From contig JAPLYZ010000011.1 of NCBI GenBank assembly GCA_026395295.1, positions 1-63,816 of the forward strand: a stretch of 63,816 bases of DNA, given 5' to 3'. Position 1 is the stretch's first letter; each line of letters starts with the position of its first letter. A program made the translations under genes and the position numbers. Origin of the DNA: Candidatus Staskawiczbacteria bacterium (GTDB taxonomy: Bacteria; Patescibacteriota; Minisyncoccia; Minisyncoccales; Staskawiczbacteraceae). This document shows, in pieces, positions 1-9,349 of the stretch. Below the pieces are notes generated by a model. It had not been told where the DNA came from, searched no databases, and saw only the letters and a program-made list of their open reading frames with translations.

Positions 1-132
1 AACGAATTCGCCGGGTTTATGCAAAAAGAAAAAGAGAAATTATTCAATAATTTTAAAGGTCAAAAGCTCCAATTCCCGACAACCTTTTCCAACAAAGTCA
101 TGTCCGAGATTTCAGGATCCTTTCTTGATTAG
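1..132 (+). CDS. 3' end of an unidentified CDS entering the window
   Basis: Frame 1 is open from base 1 to TAG at 130-132 (NEFAGFMQKEKEKLF...SFLD*); no recognisable motif. Confidence 0.4.
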   Translation, partial: NEFAGFMQKEKEKLFNNFKGQKLQFPTTFSNKVMSEISGSFLD

Positions 133-164
133 AAAATACTGCCTGCACTGAGATTATCTAAGTG

Positions 165-237
165 TGCCCCCGTCGAGACTCGAACTCGAAACCAATTCCT
201 TAAGAGGGAACTGCTCTACCAATTGAGCTACAGGGGC
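165..237 (-). tRNA. tRNA-Lys(CTT)
   Basis: Reverse complement GCCCCTGTAGCTCAATTGGTAGAGC...CT CTT AA...GTTCGAGTC...GGGGGCA; cloverleaf, CCA not encoded. Confidence 0.95.
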
Positions 238-247
238 GTGTTATTTT

Positions 248-625
248 TTATACGCTTGACCAGCTTCCGGTAAATCCTATTGCTTTCAGAACAAAATCAA
301 TTATCAGCCATGAGCCAAAAACTAAGGCCAATCCAATAATTGCGGCGTAAAGAATTTTTTTGCCAAGACCCATTAAGTTTGGATTGCCCGCTGAAATCAT
401 CATAAACAATCCTCCAAGGGTGAGCGCTATTACTGCCAAGGGCGTTGCTATGTACCAAACAATGAAAGAGTAAATCCTCGCCAGCATTACGAAAAAGTCA
501 CTTAGGCCGCAAGCATTTTGCCCCGGGTTTCCGCATGGCACCAGTCCGTCGGCGCTTGCCAAAAGTGGAACGAAAATTACTGATAATAAGCAAAACAACG
601 CGATTGACGATAGTTTCTTGTTCAT
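248..625 (-). CDS. CPR-type VirB2/TrbC-like pilin
   Basis: Start at MNKKLSS (the longer ORF runs through a tRNA). Signal peptide, GLVPCG..C motif, two hydrophobic helices joined by SAGNP. Confidence 0.75.
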   Translation of the reverse strand: MNKKLSSIALFCLLSVIFVPLLASADGLVPCGNPGQNACGLSDFFVMLARIYSFIVWYIATPLAVIALTLGGLFMMISAGNPNLMGLGKKILYAAIIGLALVFGSWLIIDFVLKAIGFTGSWSSV

Positions 626-634
626 ATTTTTTTG

Positions 635-700
635 TGGTGCCCTCGGCAGGATTCGCCCCGTCATCCGACGGGGCGTCGGGTCGCATGACCCGACGAACTC
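635..700 (-). repeat. tRNA-3'-end echo with double hairpin in the T-loop, copy 1
   Basis: GAGTT CG tcgggtc-atgc-gacccga CG ccccgtc-ggat-gacgggg CG AATCCTGCCGAGGGCACCA, directly 3' of tRNA-Arg(TCG). Confidence 0.85.
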
Positions 701-702
701 TT

Positions 703-777
703 TGGTGCTCCCGGCACGACTCGAACGTGCAACGTCTGCTTCGAAGGCAGGAATGATATCCATTTCACCACGGGAGC
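703..777 (-). tRNA. tRNA-Arg(TCG)
   Basis: GCTCCCGTGGTGAAATGGATATC...CT TCG AA...GTTCGAGTC...CGGGAGCACCA. Confidence 0.95.
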
Positions 778-836
778 CAGCAAGTGTTTCACCACGAGGG
801 CGATTTTTATTTTATTATACCAGTTTTTTGTATATT

Positions 837-1820
837 TTACAGCTCGTAGATCACTTTTGCCAGCTTGTCAGAGTCATGCCTAATAAGTGATCTTTCGGCG
901 CCAAGTTTGTCATTTTTATCAATTTTGTAAACTTTATGGCTTAGCAACTTGTGTTTCAAAAAATTAACGCCCGGCAAAATTTCAGCGTCTCCCAGCTCCA
1001 CCGGTTTCTCGCCAAATCTTGCATATTTTTTCAATAATTTTTGGTCAGGGGTTTCAGTGTTAAAAATGGCGTATTTGATAGCATTTTTTCCGACATATTT
1101 TTCCAGTTCAGAAATGTAATTTTCGGCAGTGAAGCTGTCGGTTTGGCCCAGCTCGGTCATTAAATTAACCGGGTATATTACTTTGGCTTTTGATTTGGCA
1201 ACATTTTCTGACAAACCATCAACCAAAAAATTTGGTATTAAGCTGGTGTAAAGGTCGCCCGGGCTGATTACTATTTTGTCTGCCTCTTTTAGCGCTTTAA
1301 AAATTTTGGGGTTTAATTCGGCGCGAGGTTTTAAATATAGTTTTTTAATGTTAGAAAATCCTCCTTTGTAAAGCTCAATATTTTTTTCTCCAATTATTTC
1401 TTTGCCATTTTTAAAAGAGGCCACAAGTCTTGTGTTTTTCAAGGTAACCGGCAAAACATATCCGCGGATTCTCAAAATTCTGCTGGCTTCTACTACCGCT
1501 GTGTCAAAGCCTCCGGTAATTTTTTCTAAGGTAGATAAAAATATGTTTCCAAAACTGTGGCCTTTTAGCCCGCCGTCGCCATATCTGTAGTTAAAAAGTT
1601 CGCGCAAAGTTTTGTCAGATTGCGACAAAGCCACTAAGCACTGCCTTACGTCGCCGGGGGGTAAAACTCCAAGCTCGTCGCGCAAAACTCCGGTTGACCC
1701 GCCATCGTCAGACATTGTAACTATTGCCGACAAATCCACATTGGGATATTTTTTCAGCCCCGACAAAACCATAAAACTGCCCGAGCCTCCGCCAATTACA
1801 ACAATTTTTTGTTTATTCAT
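837..1820 (-). CDS. yvcK: YvcK/CofD-like (UPF0052) gluconeogenesis/cell-wall factor
   Basis: KIVVIGGGSG, MSDDGGSTGVLR, PPGDVRQC, GHSFGN, PGDLYTS; start moved to MNKQK. Confidence 0.9.
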   Translation of the reverse strand: MNKQKIVVIGGGSGSFMVLSGLKKYPNVDLSAIVTMSDDGGSTGVLRDELGVLPPGDVRQCLVALSQSDKTLRELFNYRYGDGGLKGHSFGNIFLSTLEKITGGFDTAVVEASRILRIRGYVLPVTLKNTRLVASFKNGKEIIGEKNIELYKGGFSNIKKLYLKPRAELNPKIFKALKEADKIVISPGDLYTSLIPNFLVDGLSENVAKSKAKVIYPVNLMTELGQTDSFTAENYISELEKYVGKNAIKYAIFNTETPDQKLLKKYARFGEKPVELGDAEILPGVNFLKHKLLSHKVYKIDKNDKLGAERSLIRHDSDKLAKVIYEL

Positions 1821-2187
1821 TTTCGTTTGCAAAAACAATTTTGAATTCAATGCCGTGGTTTTTAAAGCCGGCTTTTTCATACATTTTATGCACACCCTCT
1901 CTTTCGTGCCGGCTGTTGGCAATGAGTTTGTAGCAGCCGATTTTTTTTGCCTCGGAAACGACCATGTTTATCAACTCGGTGCCAATTCCCTGACCGCGAA
2001 GGCTTTCATCAACAAACAAATCTTCTAAAAATCCAAACGGCTCTTTATGCAAATCGTTTTTCATAATATATAGAAAAGCCCGGGCAACTTCTTTTTTGCC
2101 ACCTGCCTCGCCGTTAGGCGGGTCTTTCTCCACAAAAAACTTTATTCCCTCTGCCTCAACTATTTTTTTGTTTATCTCCGTTTCCAT
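1813..2187 (-). CDS. GNAT family N-acetyltransferase (carries an in-frame palindrome, PPNGEAG)
   Basis: LEDLFVDESLRGQGIGTEL acetyl-CoA motif A; MYEKAGF. Confidence 0.88.
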   Translation of the reverse strand: METEINKKIVEAEGIKFFVEKDPPNGEAGGKKEVARAFLYIMKNDLHKEPFGFLEDLFVDESLRGQGIGTELINMVVSEAKKIGCYKLIANSRHEREGVHKMYEKAGFKNHGIEFKIVFANENE

Positions 2188-2225
2188 GTCAAAATGTATG
2201 TTAAATGCTATTATGGTTTGTCTGA

Positions 2226-2819
2226 TTATTTATCAAATTTAATGCTTGATACGATTTTTTCTATAATTTGGTTATTGAAGCATGCTTGCTTCGGCCAACA
2301 CTCCCAGTCTAATCTGTATGCATTCTGTCCATGAATGAAAGTTATGTTTGTATGTTCTTGTCCTTGCTTGGTTATTTGTATAGATATATTGTTCGTAACA
2401 ATATTTTCTGTGGTAGTTGGGGTATTGGAATTATAAGAAACCTTGGGGACTGACTGATTGTCGGTTATTGACGCGCCATATTCTTTTGCCTCTTGGATAT
2501 TGTATATCGTCAAGCCAAAAAAAGATCCTAGTTTTACGAGATTAGATTGGAAATTTATTCTTTTTGGATAACCAATCATGTTTTCCTCTGTGACAAACCC
2601 AGTTGGGTAAATTATTTCAAGCCCAAGTTGCGAGTTATTGTAGGTGCTCCAATTATCAATAACAACATTTTCAGGTTTTGTAGTTTGCAAAGCGTTTGAT
2701 TTAAATATGTTTTTGATAATTAAGTATCCCGTAGGAAAATTTTTGACGATTAAATATCCCGAGAAAATAATTATAAAAACCAATATGACGATAAATATGG
2801 TAGTTAGTATCTTTTTCAT
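2226..2819 (-). CDS. Membrane-anchored hypothetical protein (PsbP-like extracellular domain)
   Basis: N-terminal TM helix; W-x-T-Y-x-N...YP and C-terminal IVSSIKF pattern. Confidence 0.6.
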   Translation of the reverse strand: MKKILTTIFIVILVFIIIFSGYLIVKNFPTGYLIIKNIFKSNALQTTKPENVVIDNWSTYNNSQLGLEIIYPTGFVTEENMIGYPKRINFQSNLVKLGSFFGLTIYNIQEAKEYGASITDNQSVPKVSYNSNTPTTTENIVTNNISIQITKQGQEHTNITFIHGQNAYRLDWECWPKQACFNNQIIEKIVSSIKFDK

Positions 2820-2953
2820 TTTTTAAATTTATGATTTTTAATCTATATTTGTTTTATTTTACATAAAAAATTGAAAAAAAGCAAATTCAAGAAAAAAAGA
2901 GGGCACCCTTTGAGAGAAGTGCCCATTGCTGTTCGAAGTTCGTCGAACCTGTT

Positions 2954-4303
2954 TTACTGACCTGTCCGTGTTTGGCTGATTCCATCTGGCCATAGCCCGG
3001 GGATCCTGAAACCGTTAAACCAATCTGCATCGGGGTAATCGGTATCAAGAATTCCGGAATTTGGTGTCCAGATAAAGAAGCCAAGCGGAGCAGGAGATAG
3101 CTGGTCGAATGTTTTTCCCGACCAGCCAGCTTCTTCGGTGAGCATGGTGGTGACTAATACCGATGATGGACTGACGTTTCCGAGCAAGCCGTCCACTTGG
3201 AAGTAGCGTGTTGTCCCAGCGGCAATCTCCAGAATTCTTCTCACCCCATCGACTTGCGGGTAAAATTCGGCCACACCGTTAGTTTCCGACGACGGAGAGA
3301 CAACCTGAGCCGGCGCGAGCAACCTGCCATCGGTAGATGACCTTATGGCAACCGAAACATTGCCTACGTCAGAACCAGCGAGCCTGAAGCTCAATTTCCC
3401 TATGCCAATGTCTCCTGACGGATCAGCCGAGATGGAAAACTTGAGCAATGTGTTTGGGGTATAGCTGATCAGGTGATTCGGGGAAATTGGTTCCCACATT
3501 ATGGCGGGATACGACTTTGCCAAAATCATGTTTTGACCCTTGGCACACCCGACAGCCGTGATTTGTTTGCCAGAATTTAATAGAACCCCCTGCGTTTGAG
3601 AAGCATCGGATACTATCGCGATGATGTCGCCAGATCTTCCCGACGAACAAGGACTAATGGGCGCAAAATCTGTCCTCACAATAATCTCTGTCGCTGAATT
3701 TGCCGGCAATGTAATTGGCGGAGACAAGAAGATTACAGCAGAGGTTTGGCCGTTCATGAAATAAGCTTCTCCAAGAAGCGATGATGAACTCCAGCTCCCG
3801 ACAGTCACGCGCACAATATCTTGTTGAACATTTGTAGCCGTTGAGCTTAGAGTTATTCCCAATTTTTGCAAACAGATCGACTCGTACAAAGAAGTCAATT
3901 TGAACACGACAGAAACTACGCCGGTTGACCCGCCGGTAACAAACCTCGACACAGGACTATTCGGGGCTAAAGACACAATCAACTCTGGCGTTAACTGTAG
4001 GAAGCGGTAAAACGCTTGATTCGCCCCCGAAGTTATTGGCAGGGTTACGTCGAACGTGTCAGAAGTGGCGGTTATGGGTTGCTGGTTGAGCACACGCCAG
4101 AGACCGAGAGTCAGTGTCCCTTCGGACGTTGACTCTTGAATCTGGTACAGCTCCCCAGCCTTCCCGTGGACCACAAATCTGGCCGTGCCATCGCCCTTCG
4201 GGTGGAACTCAATGCTCCCCGAATTGGTTTGGGCGAGCGTCGTTGTTGGCCAACATGCGGCAATGGCTGCTATTATCGTTGCTATCATTACTTTCATATT
4301 CAT
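2954..4303 (-). CDS. Secreted beta-rich hypothetical protein, compositionally atypical
   Basis: ATG at 4303 preceded by AGGAG; signal peptide ...TTLA-Q; visibly more GC-rich than neighbours; hairpin downstream near 2901-2925. Confidence 0.7.
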   Translation of the reverse strand: MNMKVMIATIIAAIAACWPTTTLAQTNSGSIEFHPKGDGTARFVVHGKAGELYQIQESTSEGTLTLGLWRVLNQQPITATSDTFDVTLPITSGANQAFYRFLQLTPELIVSLAPNSPVSRFVTGGSTGVVSVVFKLTSLYESICLQKLGITLSSTATNVQQDIVRVTVGSWSSSSLLGEAYFMNGQTSAVIFLSPPITLPANSATEIIVRTDFAPISPCSSGRSGDIIAIVSDASQTQGVLLNSGKQITAVGCAKGQNMILAKSYPAIMWEPISPNHLISYTPNTLLKFSISADPSGDIGIGKLSFRLAGSDVGNVSVAIRSSTDGRLLAPAQVVSPSSETNGVAEFYPQVDGVRRILEIAAGTTRYFQVDGLLGNVSPSSVLVTTMLTEEAGWSGKTFDQLSPAPLGFFIWTPNSGILDTDYPDADWFNGFRIPGLWPDGISQTRTGQ

Positions 4304-4532
4304 AATCTTCTCCTGTAACTTTCGTTCTATCGCAAACACATACGCCTTCCGCAAAGCGGAAAGCTGTCAAATATGCAGTTGTGAAAGAGCGAATGAGGTC
4401 TTGCCCCATATCGCATAATAATATCACCTTATTAGGGCGATGTCAAGGTTTTGAGTGTTCGTGACGTAGCAGTTGATAATCTTTTTGCCTTCCTTGAAAA
4501 ATATCAATTTTTAGATTAAGATGTAAAAATAT

Positions 4533-5996
4533 ATGATAATTCCAAAAGAGGTCAAAAATGTAATTGGAAAATTGGAACAGGCCGGATATGAAGCATATAT
4601 CGTAGGCGGATGCGTGCGCGATTTTTTATTAGGCATAGAGCCAAAGGATTGGGATGTTACAACAAATGCTAAACCCGAAGAAATCCAAAAAGTTTTTCCG
4701 GACAGTTTTTACGAAAATAATTTTTTGACTGTTACCGCGCGCACTGGAAGCAAAAAACCCGAGCTTGCCGAGATAGAAATTACAACTTACAGATTAGATG
4801 CAAAGTATTCTGACAAGCGCCATCCTGACGAGGTAAAATATGCAGAGAAGCTGGAAGATGATTTAAGTCGCAGAGATTTCACCGTCAACGCAATGGCCCT
4901 TCGACTCGGCTCAGGGCAAGCCAAAAAAGAAATTGTTGATTTGTTTGAAGGGCAGAAAGACTTGAAGAATAAAATAATCAGAACAGTTGGCAAGCCGGAA
5001 GAAAGATTTAATGAAGATGCTTTGCGAATGTTGAGAGCCGTAAGGTTTGCGACTACTTTAGGTTTTACAATTGAAGAAAAAACAGCAGAGGCAATTAAGA
5101 AAAACAGCGTTTGGTTGGAAGCAATTTCCAAAGAAAGAATAAGAGATGAATTTGTGAAAATAATTATGGCAGATAAAGCCGCCGAAGGAATTGAATTGTT
5201 GCGCGAGATGGGTTTGTTAAAATTTATTGTGCCTGAACTTTTGGAAAATTACGGCGTGGCGCAAAACAAGCATCATATATACGACTCTTACCAGCATCTG
5301 GTAAAGTCTTTGGAGTACGCCGCCAAAAAAAAATTTAATATGTATGTAAGGCTGGCGGCTTTGCTTCACGATGTTGCCAAAGCCAGAATTAAGGCAGGCA
5401 AAGATGAAGAGGCAACTTTTTACAATCATGAAATTGTGGGAGCAAAAATGACATTTCAAATTTTAAACCGTTTAAAATTTTCCAAAAAAGAAGTTGAGAA
5501 AATTACAAAGTTAGTCAGATACCATATGTTTTATTACAATGTTGACGAGGTAGGAGAATCATCTGTGCGACGATTGATAAAAAATGTTGGACCGGAAAAT
5601 ATAGAAGAGCTTTTGCAGGTGAGATTGGCAGATAGAATTGGTTCTGGCGTGCCAAAAGCCGAACCTTATAAACTAAGGCATTTTAAATATTTGGTTGATA
5701 AAGTTTCCAAAGACCCAATTTCTGCTAAGATGCTGAAGGTTGATGGTGCCGACATAATGAAAATTTTGGACATAAAGCCCGGGCCAAAAATTGGACAGAT
5801 TTTGGATGTTTTGTTGGGATATGTTTTAGATGAACCTAAAAAAAATACTAAGGAATTTTTAGAACAGGAAGTTGCAAAACTGGGTAAATTAGGCGATAAA
5901 GAATTAGAGATTTTGGCGGAAAAATCTAAAGAAGAAAAATTTGAAGTTGTCACAAAGCAGGACGAAATGACAAAACAAAAATATTGGGTAACATAA
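4533..5996 (+). CDS. cca: CCA-adding tRNA nucleotidyltransferase with HD domain
   Basis: VGGCVRD, DWDVTT, RRDFTVNA, EDALRMLRAVRF, ERIRDE, LLHDVAK. Confidence 0.92.
   Translation: MIIPKEVKNVIGKLEQAGYEAYIVGGCVRDFLLGIEPKDWDVTTNAKPEEIQKVFPDSFYENNFLTVTARTGSKKPELAEIEITTYRLDAKYSDKRHPDEVKYAEKLEDDLSRRDFTVNAMALRLGSGQAKKEIVDLFEGQKDLKNKIIRTVGKPEERFNEDALRMLRAVRFATTLGFTIEEKTAEAIKKNSVWLEAISKERIRDEFVKIIMADKAAEGIELLREMGLLKFIVPELLENYGVAQNKHHIYDSYQHLVKSLEYAAKKKFNMYVRLAALLHDVAKARIKAGKDEEATFYNHEIVGAKMTFQILNRLKFSKKEVEKITKLVRYHMFYYNVDEVGESSVRRLIKNVGPENIEELLQVRLADRIGSGVPKAEPYKLRHFKYLVDKVSKDPISAKMLKVDGADIMKILDIKPGPKIGQILDVLLGYVLDEPKKNTKEFLEQEVAKLGKLGDKELEILAEKSKEEKFEVVTKQDEMTKQKYWVT
4896..4920 (+). repeat. Family B palindrome, in-frame in cca (LRLGSGQ)
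   Basis: GCCCTTCGACTCGGCTCAGGGCAAG; matches copies at 16981, 25979, 56145 and 57016. Confidence 0.8.
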
Positions 5997-6003
5997 AAAA
6001 CAA

Positions 6004-6076
6004 CGGGGCGTGGTGTAATGGTAACATGTACCCTTCGGGAGGGTAAGATCTGTGGGTTCGAGTCCCACCGCCCCGA
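6004..6076 (+). tRNA. tRNA-Pro(CGG)
   Basis: CGGGGCGTGGTGTAATGG...TACCC TT CGG GA GGGTA...GGTTCGAGTCC...CGCCCCGA. Confidence 0.95.
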
Positions 6077-6090
6077 CTTTTATAAATTTA

Positions 6091-6135
6091 GTCATTGGGA
6101 ATTGATTGAAAATTGTAAATTGAGAATTGAAAATT
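6091..6135 (+). repeat. Degenerate heptamer (GAAAATT-like) tandem repeat, copy 1
   Basis: GTCATTG...TGAAAATTGTAAATTGAGAATTGAAAATT; near-identical tract at 19489-19540. Confidence 0.7.
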
Positions 6136-6153
6136 CCCCGTGCAACGGGGCTA

Positions 6154-6227
6154 GGGCCTGTAGTAAAGTGGCATTACGCCTCGTTCGCAACGAGGAGGCG
6201 GCAGTCCGATTCTGCCCAGGTCCACCA
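6154..6227 (+). tRNA. tRNA-Ala(CGC)
   Basis: CCTCG TT CGC AA CGAGG; G3:U70 identity pair; encoded CCA; T-loop variant TCCGATT. Confidence 0.93.
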
Positions 6228-6373
6228 CTTCGCTCCTCACTTTGTTCGGAGCTACGCGGTGCGCGGCACGCGAAATATAATGAAGTGTGCCAAGCATATG
6301 AACTAAGCGAAGTGGTGCCCCGCGAAGCATGCCACGCGAAGCCTTGGCGTAGTGTGGTCTTGCGTAGTGGGGC
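6226..6373. repeat. Cluster of nested family A palindromes upstream of GIY-YIG
   Basis: CTTCGCTCC...GGAGCTACG; GCCCCGCGAAGC-[GCCACGCGAAGCCTTGGCGTAGTGTGGT]-GCGTAGTGGGGC; resembles the insert in dus at 56489. Confidence 0.75.
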
Positions 6374-6381
6374 CTACATTT

Positions 6382-6621
6382 ATGTTCTACGTATATATTT
6401 TGCAAAGTGAAAAAGATAAAAGCAGATATATTGGAGTTACTTCTGATTTGAAAAGGCGTATCAGCGAACATAATTCTGGAAATGCAAAATACTCTAGTTC
6501 AAAACGGCCGTATAGGCTGATTTGGTATTGTGCTTTTTTAGACAAAATAAAGGCATATGATTTTGAAAAATATTTGAAATCCAGCTCGGGATACGCATTC
6601 ACGAATAAGAGATTTTTATAA
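6382..6621 (+). CDS. Small stand-alone GIY-YIG nuclease (UPF0213/Slx1-like)
   Basis: MFYVYILQS...YIGVTSDLKRRISEHN...RPY...AYDFEKYLK; start at ATG 6382. Confidence 0.92.
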   Translation: MFYVYILQSEKDKSRYIGVTSDLKRRISEHNSGNAKYSSSKRPYRLIWYCAFLDKIKAYDFEKYLKSSSGYAFTNKRFL

Positions 6622-6671
6622 AATAGGAAAAAAATATTTAATCACTGATATTTATTTTAAAAATAAAAAAT

Positions 6672-8405
6672 ATGGCTAAAAAATATTTTGTTGCATTATT
6701 TTTATTTTTCTCTCTTTTGCTGGCGGGGCAGCCTGCTTGGGCAAGAGATCCTCAAGACATTACCGATTGGTACATACAAAATTTTGAAACAAACATTGTA
6801 GTAAACAAGGACTCTTCTTTGTTGATTACTGAAAACATTATTGCTGATTGCGGAGATTTATATAACAAACACGGGATTTTCAGAGTTTTGCCTACAAAAA
6901 CCAAAACAGACAAAGGAACTTTCAAAACACCGGTTGAGCTGGTGAATATAACAGATTTTAACGGCCAGCCGTATAAATACCAGACAATAAAAAGCAGTGG
7001 CACAATCACTTGGAAAATTGGCGACCCGGATGTGACTGTTAGCGGAGTGAATTATTATAGAATTATATATAAAGTCAAAAACGCTGTCAGGTTTATCAAC
7101 AAAGATTTTGACGAATTGTACTGGAATTTGCTGGGAGCTTTCTGGGACATTGGAACAAATAATTTTTCAGCAAAAATATCTTTTCCGCCGGAGATAACCA
7201 GCCAGAACACGCGGGTAGATTATTACACAGGATACTTGGGCTCAAAAGATAAAAGTTTGGCGACTTATTTTTGGGACGACAATAATGTTTTGAATTTTCA
7301 ATCCGCTTCTGCTTTCCAGCCGCGAGAAGGGTTGACGGCTTCAATAACTTTTCCCAAAAATATTTTTGCCCCATACAAGCTGACATTTTTGGAACAGTAT
7401 GGAGATTACTTTGCATTTGTGTTCTTTTTAATACCAATAGGGGTTTTTCTTTACGCTTTTTCGCGGTGGAGAACATACGGCAAAGACCCAAAAATGAAGA
7501 AACCCATCCCGCCGGAGTTTGGAATTCCAGACAACATTACCCCAATGCAAATGGGAATGGTTTTGTCTCACGGGTTATGGAAAAATAATTTTGTGACAGC
7601 GGCAATTATAGATTTAGCTGTGAGAAAATTTATCACCATAGAGCAGACAGAAGAAAAAGTTTTATTTTTCACGCAGAAAAGTATAATTTTGAAAAAAAAT
7701 GGCGTAAATTATGACTTAAGCAAAGTTACTTCAACAGAAAAAACGCTTCTTGAGTATCTTTTTTCAGCGGGAGACGAGGTTAATCTTACCAGCTTGAAAA
7801 ATAATTTTTATGTTCAGGTAAGGGAGGTCGGGAAATTGGCGACAAAAGATATTGCAGATAAAGGCTGGCTTGAGCCGAGGGGCAGTAAATATGCGGTTGG
7901 TTTTATATTGCTGGGTTTCTTATTGATATGGTTTTCGTTTTGGACAATGATTGTTTCGGTTTTTCTGTTTATGAGTATTCTCGTTTCGGGAGGCATTTTG
8001 GTGGCGTTTGGTTTTGTTATGCCTAAGCGCACCCAAGCTGGCGTGGACTTGCTTTTCAAGATTAAAGGATTTGAAATATATATGAGGCAGGCGGAAAATT
8101 ATCGCCAGCAGTTTTATGAAAAAGAAAATATCTTTGATAAATTTTTGCCATACGCCATTGTTTTTGGAATTGCCGAGTTGTGGGCGCAAAAAATGCAATT
8201 GATATACGGAGAAGATTACTTCAAAAATTATCATCCGGTTTGGCTGGCTGGAGCTGCGGCAGGAAGCTTTAATTTGAGCAGTTTCACAAGTCAATTAAAC
8301 AGCATAACTTCCAGCATATCCTCCACAACTTCAAGTTCATCGGGCGCAGGCGGTGGCGGAGGTTCGGGAGGCGGAGGAGGCGGCGGTGGCGGAGGCGGGT
8401 GGTAA
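6672..8405 (+). CDS. DUF2207 family membrane protein
   Basis: Signal peptide, HGIFRVLP, DELYWN, LPYAIVFG, terminal S/G-rich tail ending GGGGW. Confidence 0.88.
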   Translation: MAKKYFVALFLFFSLLLAGQPAWARDPQDITDWYIQNFETNIVVNKDSSLLITENIIADCGDLYNKHGIFRVLPTKTKTDKGTFKTPVELVNITDFNGQPYKYQTIKSSGTITWKIGDPDVTVSGVNYYRIIYKVKNAVRFINKDFDELYWNLLGAFWDIGTNNFSAKISFPPEITSQNTRVDYYTGYLGSKDKSLATYFWDDNNVLNFQSASAFQPREGLTASITFPKNIFAPYKLTFLEQYGDYFAFVFFLIPIGVFLYAFSRWRTYGKDPKMKKPIPPEFGIPDNITPMQMGMVLSHGLWKNNFVTAAIIDLAVRKFITIEQTEEKVLFFTQKSIILKKNGVNYDLSKVTSTEKTLLEYLFSAGDEVNLTSLKNNFYVQVREVGKLATKDIADKGWLEPRGSKYAVGFILLGFLLIWFSFWTMIVSVFLFMSILVSGGILVAFGFVMPKRTQAGVDLLFKIKGFEIYMRQAENYRQQFYEKENIFDKFLPYAIVFGIAELWAQKMQLIYGEDYFKNYHPVWLAGAAAGSFNLSSFTSQLNSITSSISSTTSSSSGAGGGGGSGGGGGGGGGGGW

Positions 8406-8441
8406 TTCGTAATAATTATAAAAAACAAAACAAATTTTTTT

Positions 8442-9287
8442 ATGGAAAAGCAAATTATAATAAAACTGCATAAAAATTTTGAAGATTGCGCTCGTAATAA
8501 AAATGGGGTTGAATTTTGGTACGCCCGTGAATTACAAGAATTATTGGGTTATGACAAGTGGAGTAATTTTGAAAATGTTATAAATAAAGCAAAAATAGCC
8601 TGTGAAAATGCCAAGCAAAATATCTCGGATCATTTTGCCGACGTCGGCAAAACGATACCTATGCCTAAAGGGGCAAACAAGGAAATACCCGATATTATGC
8701 TCACTCGATATGCTTGTTATCTGATTGCTCAAAACGGCGACCCGAGAAAAGATGAAATTGCTTTTGCTATGACCTATTTTGCCGTTCAGACAAGGAAGCA
8801 AGAAGTTGTAGAGCAGAGATTAGCTCAGTTGGAAAGGTTGCACGCAAGAGAGAAATTATCAATTTCTGAAAAGACTTTATCGGGAGTTTTGTTTGAAAGA
8901 GGAGTGGACAGCATGGGATTCGCAAGAATTAAAAGCAAAGGAGATCGAGCATTGTTTGGCGGTAAAACCACTCAAGACATGAAAAATAAACTTGGTGTCC
9001 CCGAATATCGCCCCTTGGCAGATTTTTTACCGAGCGTAACCATAAAAGCAAAAGATTTGGCAAATGAAATCACTAGTTTCAATGTGAAGAAGAATTCTTC
9101 CTTGAATAATGAAGCTCCGATCGCTGGTGAACACGTGAAAAATAACCAAAATGTCCGCGAAGTGCTTGTTAAAAGTGGTATTCGCCCCGAAGCATTACCG
9201 GCGGAGGAAGATATAAAAAAGATTGAGAGGAAATTGAAATCCGAAGACAAAAAATTACCCAAAAATGTTAAAAAATTAAAAAGTTAA
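8442..9287 (+). CDS. dinD: DNA damage-inducible protein D
   Basis: [48 protein letters not shown]. Confidence 0.92.
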   Translation: MEKQIIIKLHKNFEDCARNKNGVEFWYARELQELLGYDKWSNFENVINKAKIACENAKQNISDHFADVGKTIPMPKGANKEIPDIMLTRYACYLIAQNGDPRKDEIAFAMTYFAVQTRKQEVVEQRLAQLERLHAREKLSISEKTLSGVLFERGVDSMGFARIKSKGDRALFGGKTTQDMKNKLGVPEYRPLADFLPSVTIKAKDLANEITSFNVKKNSSLNNEAPIAGEHVKNNQNVREVLVKSGIRPEALPAEEDIKKIERKLKSEDKKLPKNVKKLKS

Positions 9288-9291
9288 CGGA

Positions 9292-9319
9292 GCGGCAGTC
9301 CGATCCTGCCCATGTCCAC
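9292..9319 (+). repeat. attR-like copy of the tRNA-Ala 3' end
   Basis: GCGGCAGTCCGATCCTGCCCATGTCCAC vs tRNA GCGGCAGTCCGATTCTGCCCAGGTCCAC. Confidence 0.85.
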
Positions 9320-9349
9320 AAAGATATTCACTCCGTTCATAAAATTTAA

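Larger units (their letters stand above)
6198..9319. mobile_element. Integrase-less genomic islet at tRNA-Ala (GIY-YIG, DUF2207, dinD)
   Basis: 28-bp direct repeat of the tRNA 3' end at 6198-6225 and 9292-9319 (26/28 identical). Confidence 0.65.

Noticed and set aside
6018..6471. ORFs 6018-6410 and 6151-6471, and similar ORFs at 498-890, 60434-60862 and 61519-61922
   Set aside because: They are shadow ORFs over tRNAs and GC-rich palindromes.
8305..8405. Gly/Ser low-complexity tract
   Set aside because: This is the normal C-terminus of DUF2207 proteins.
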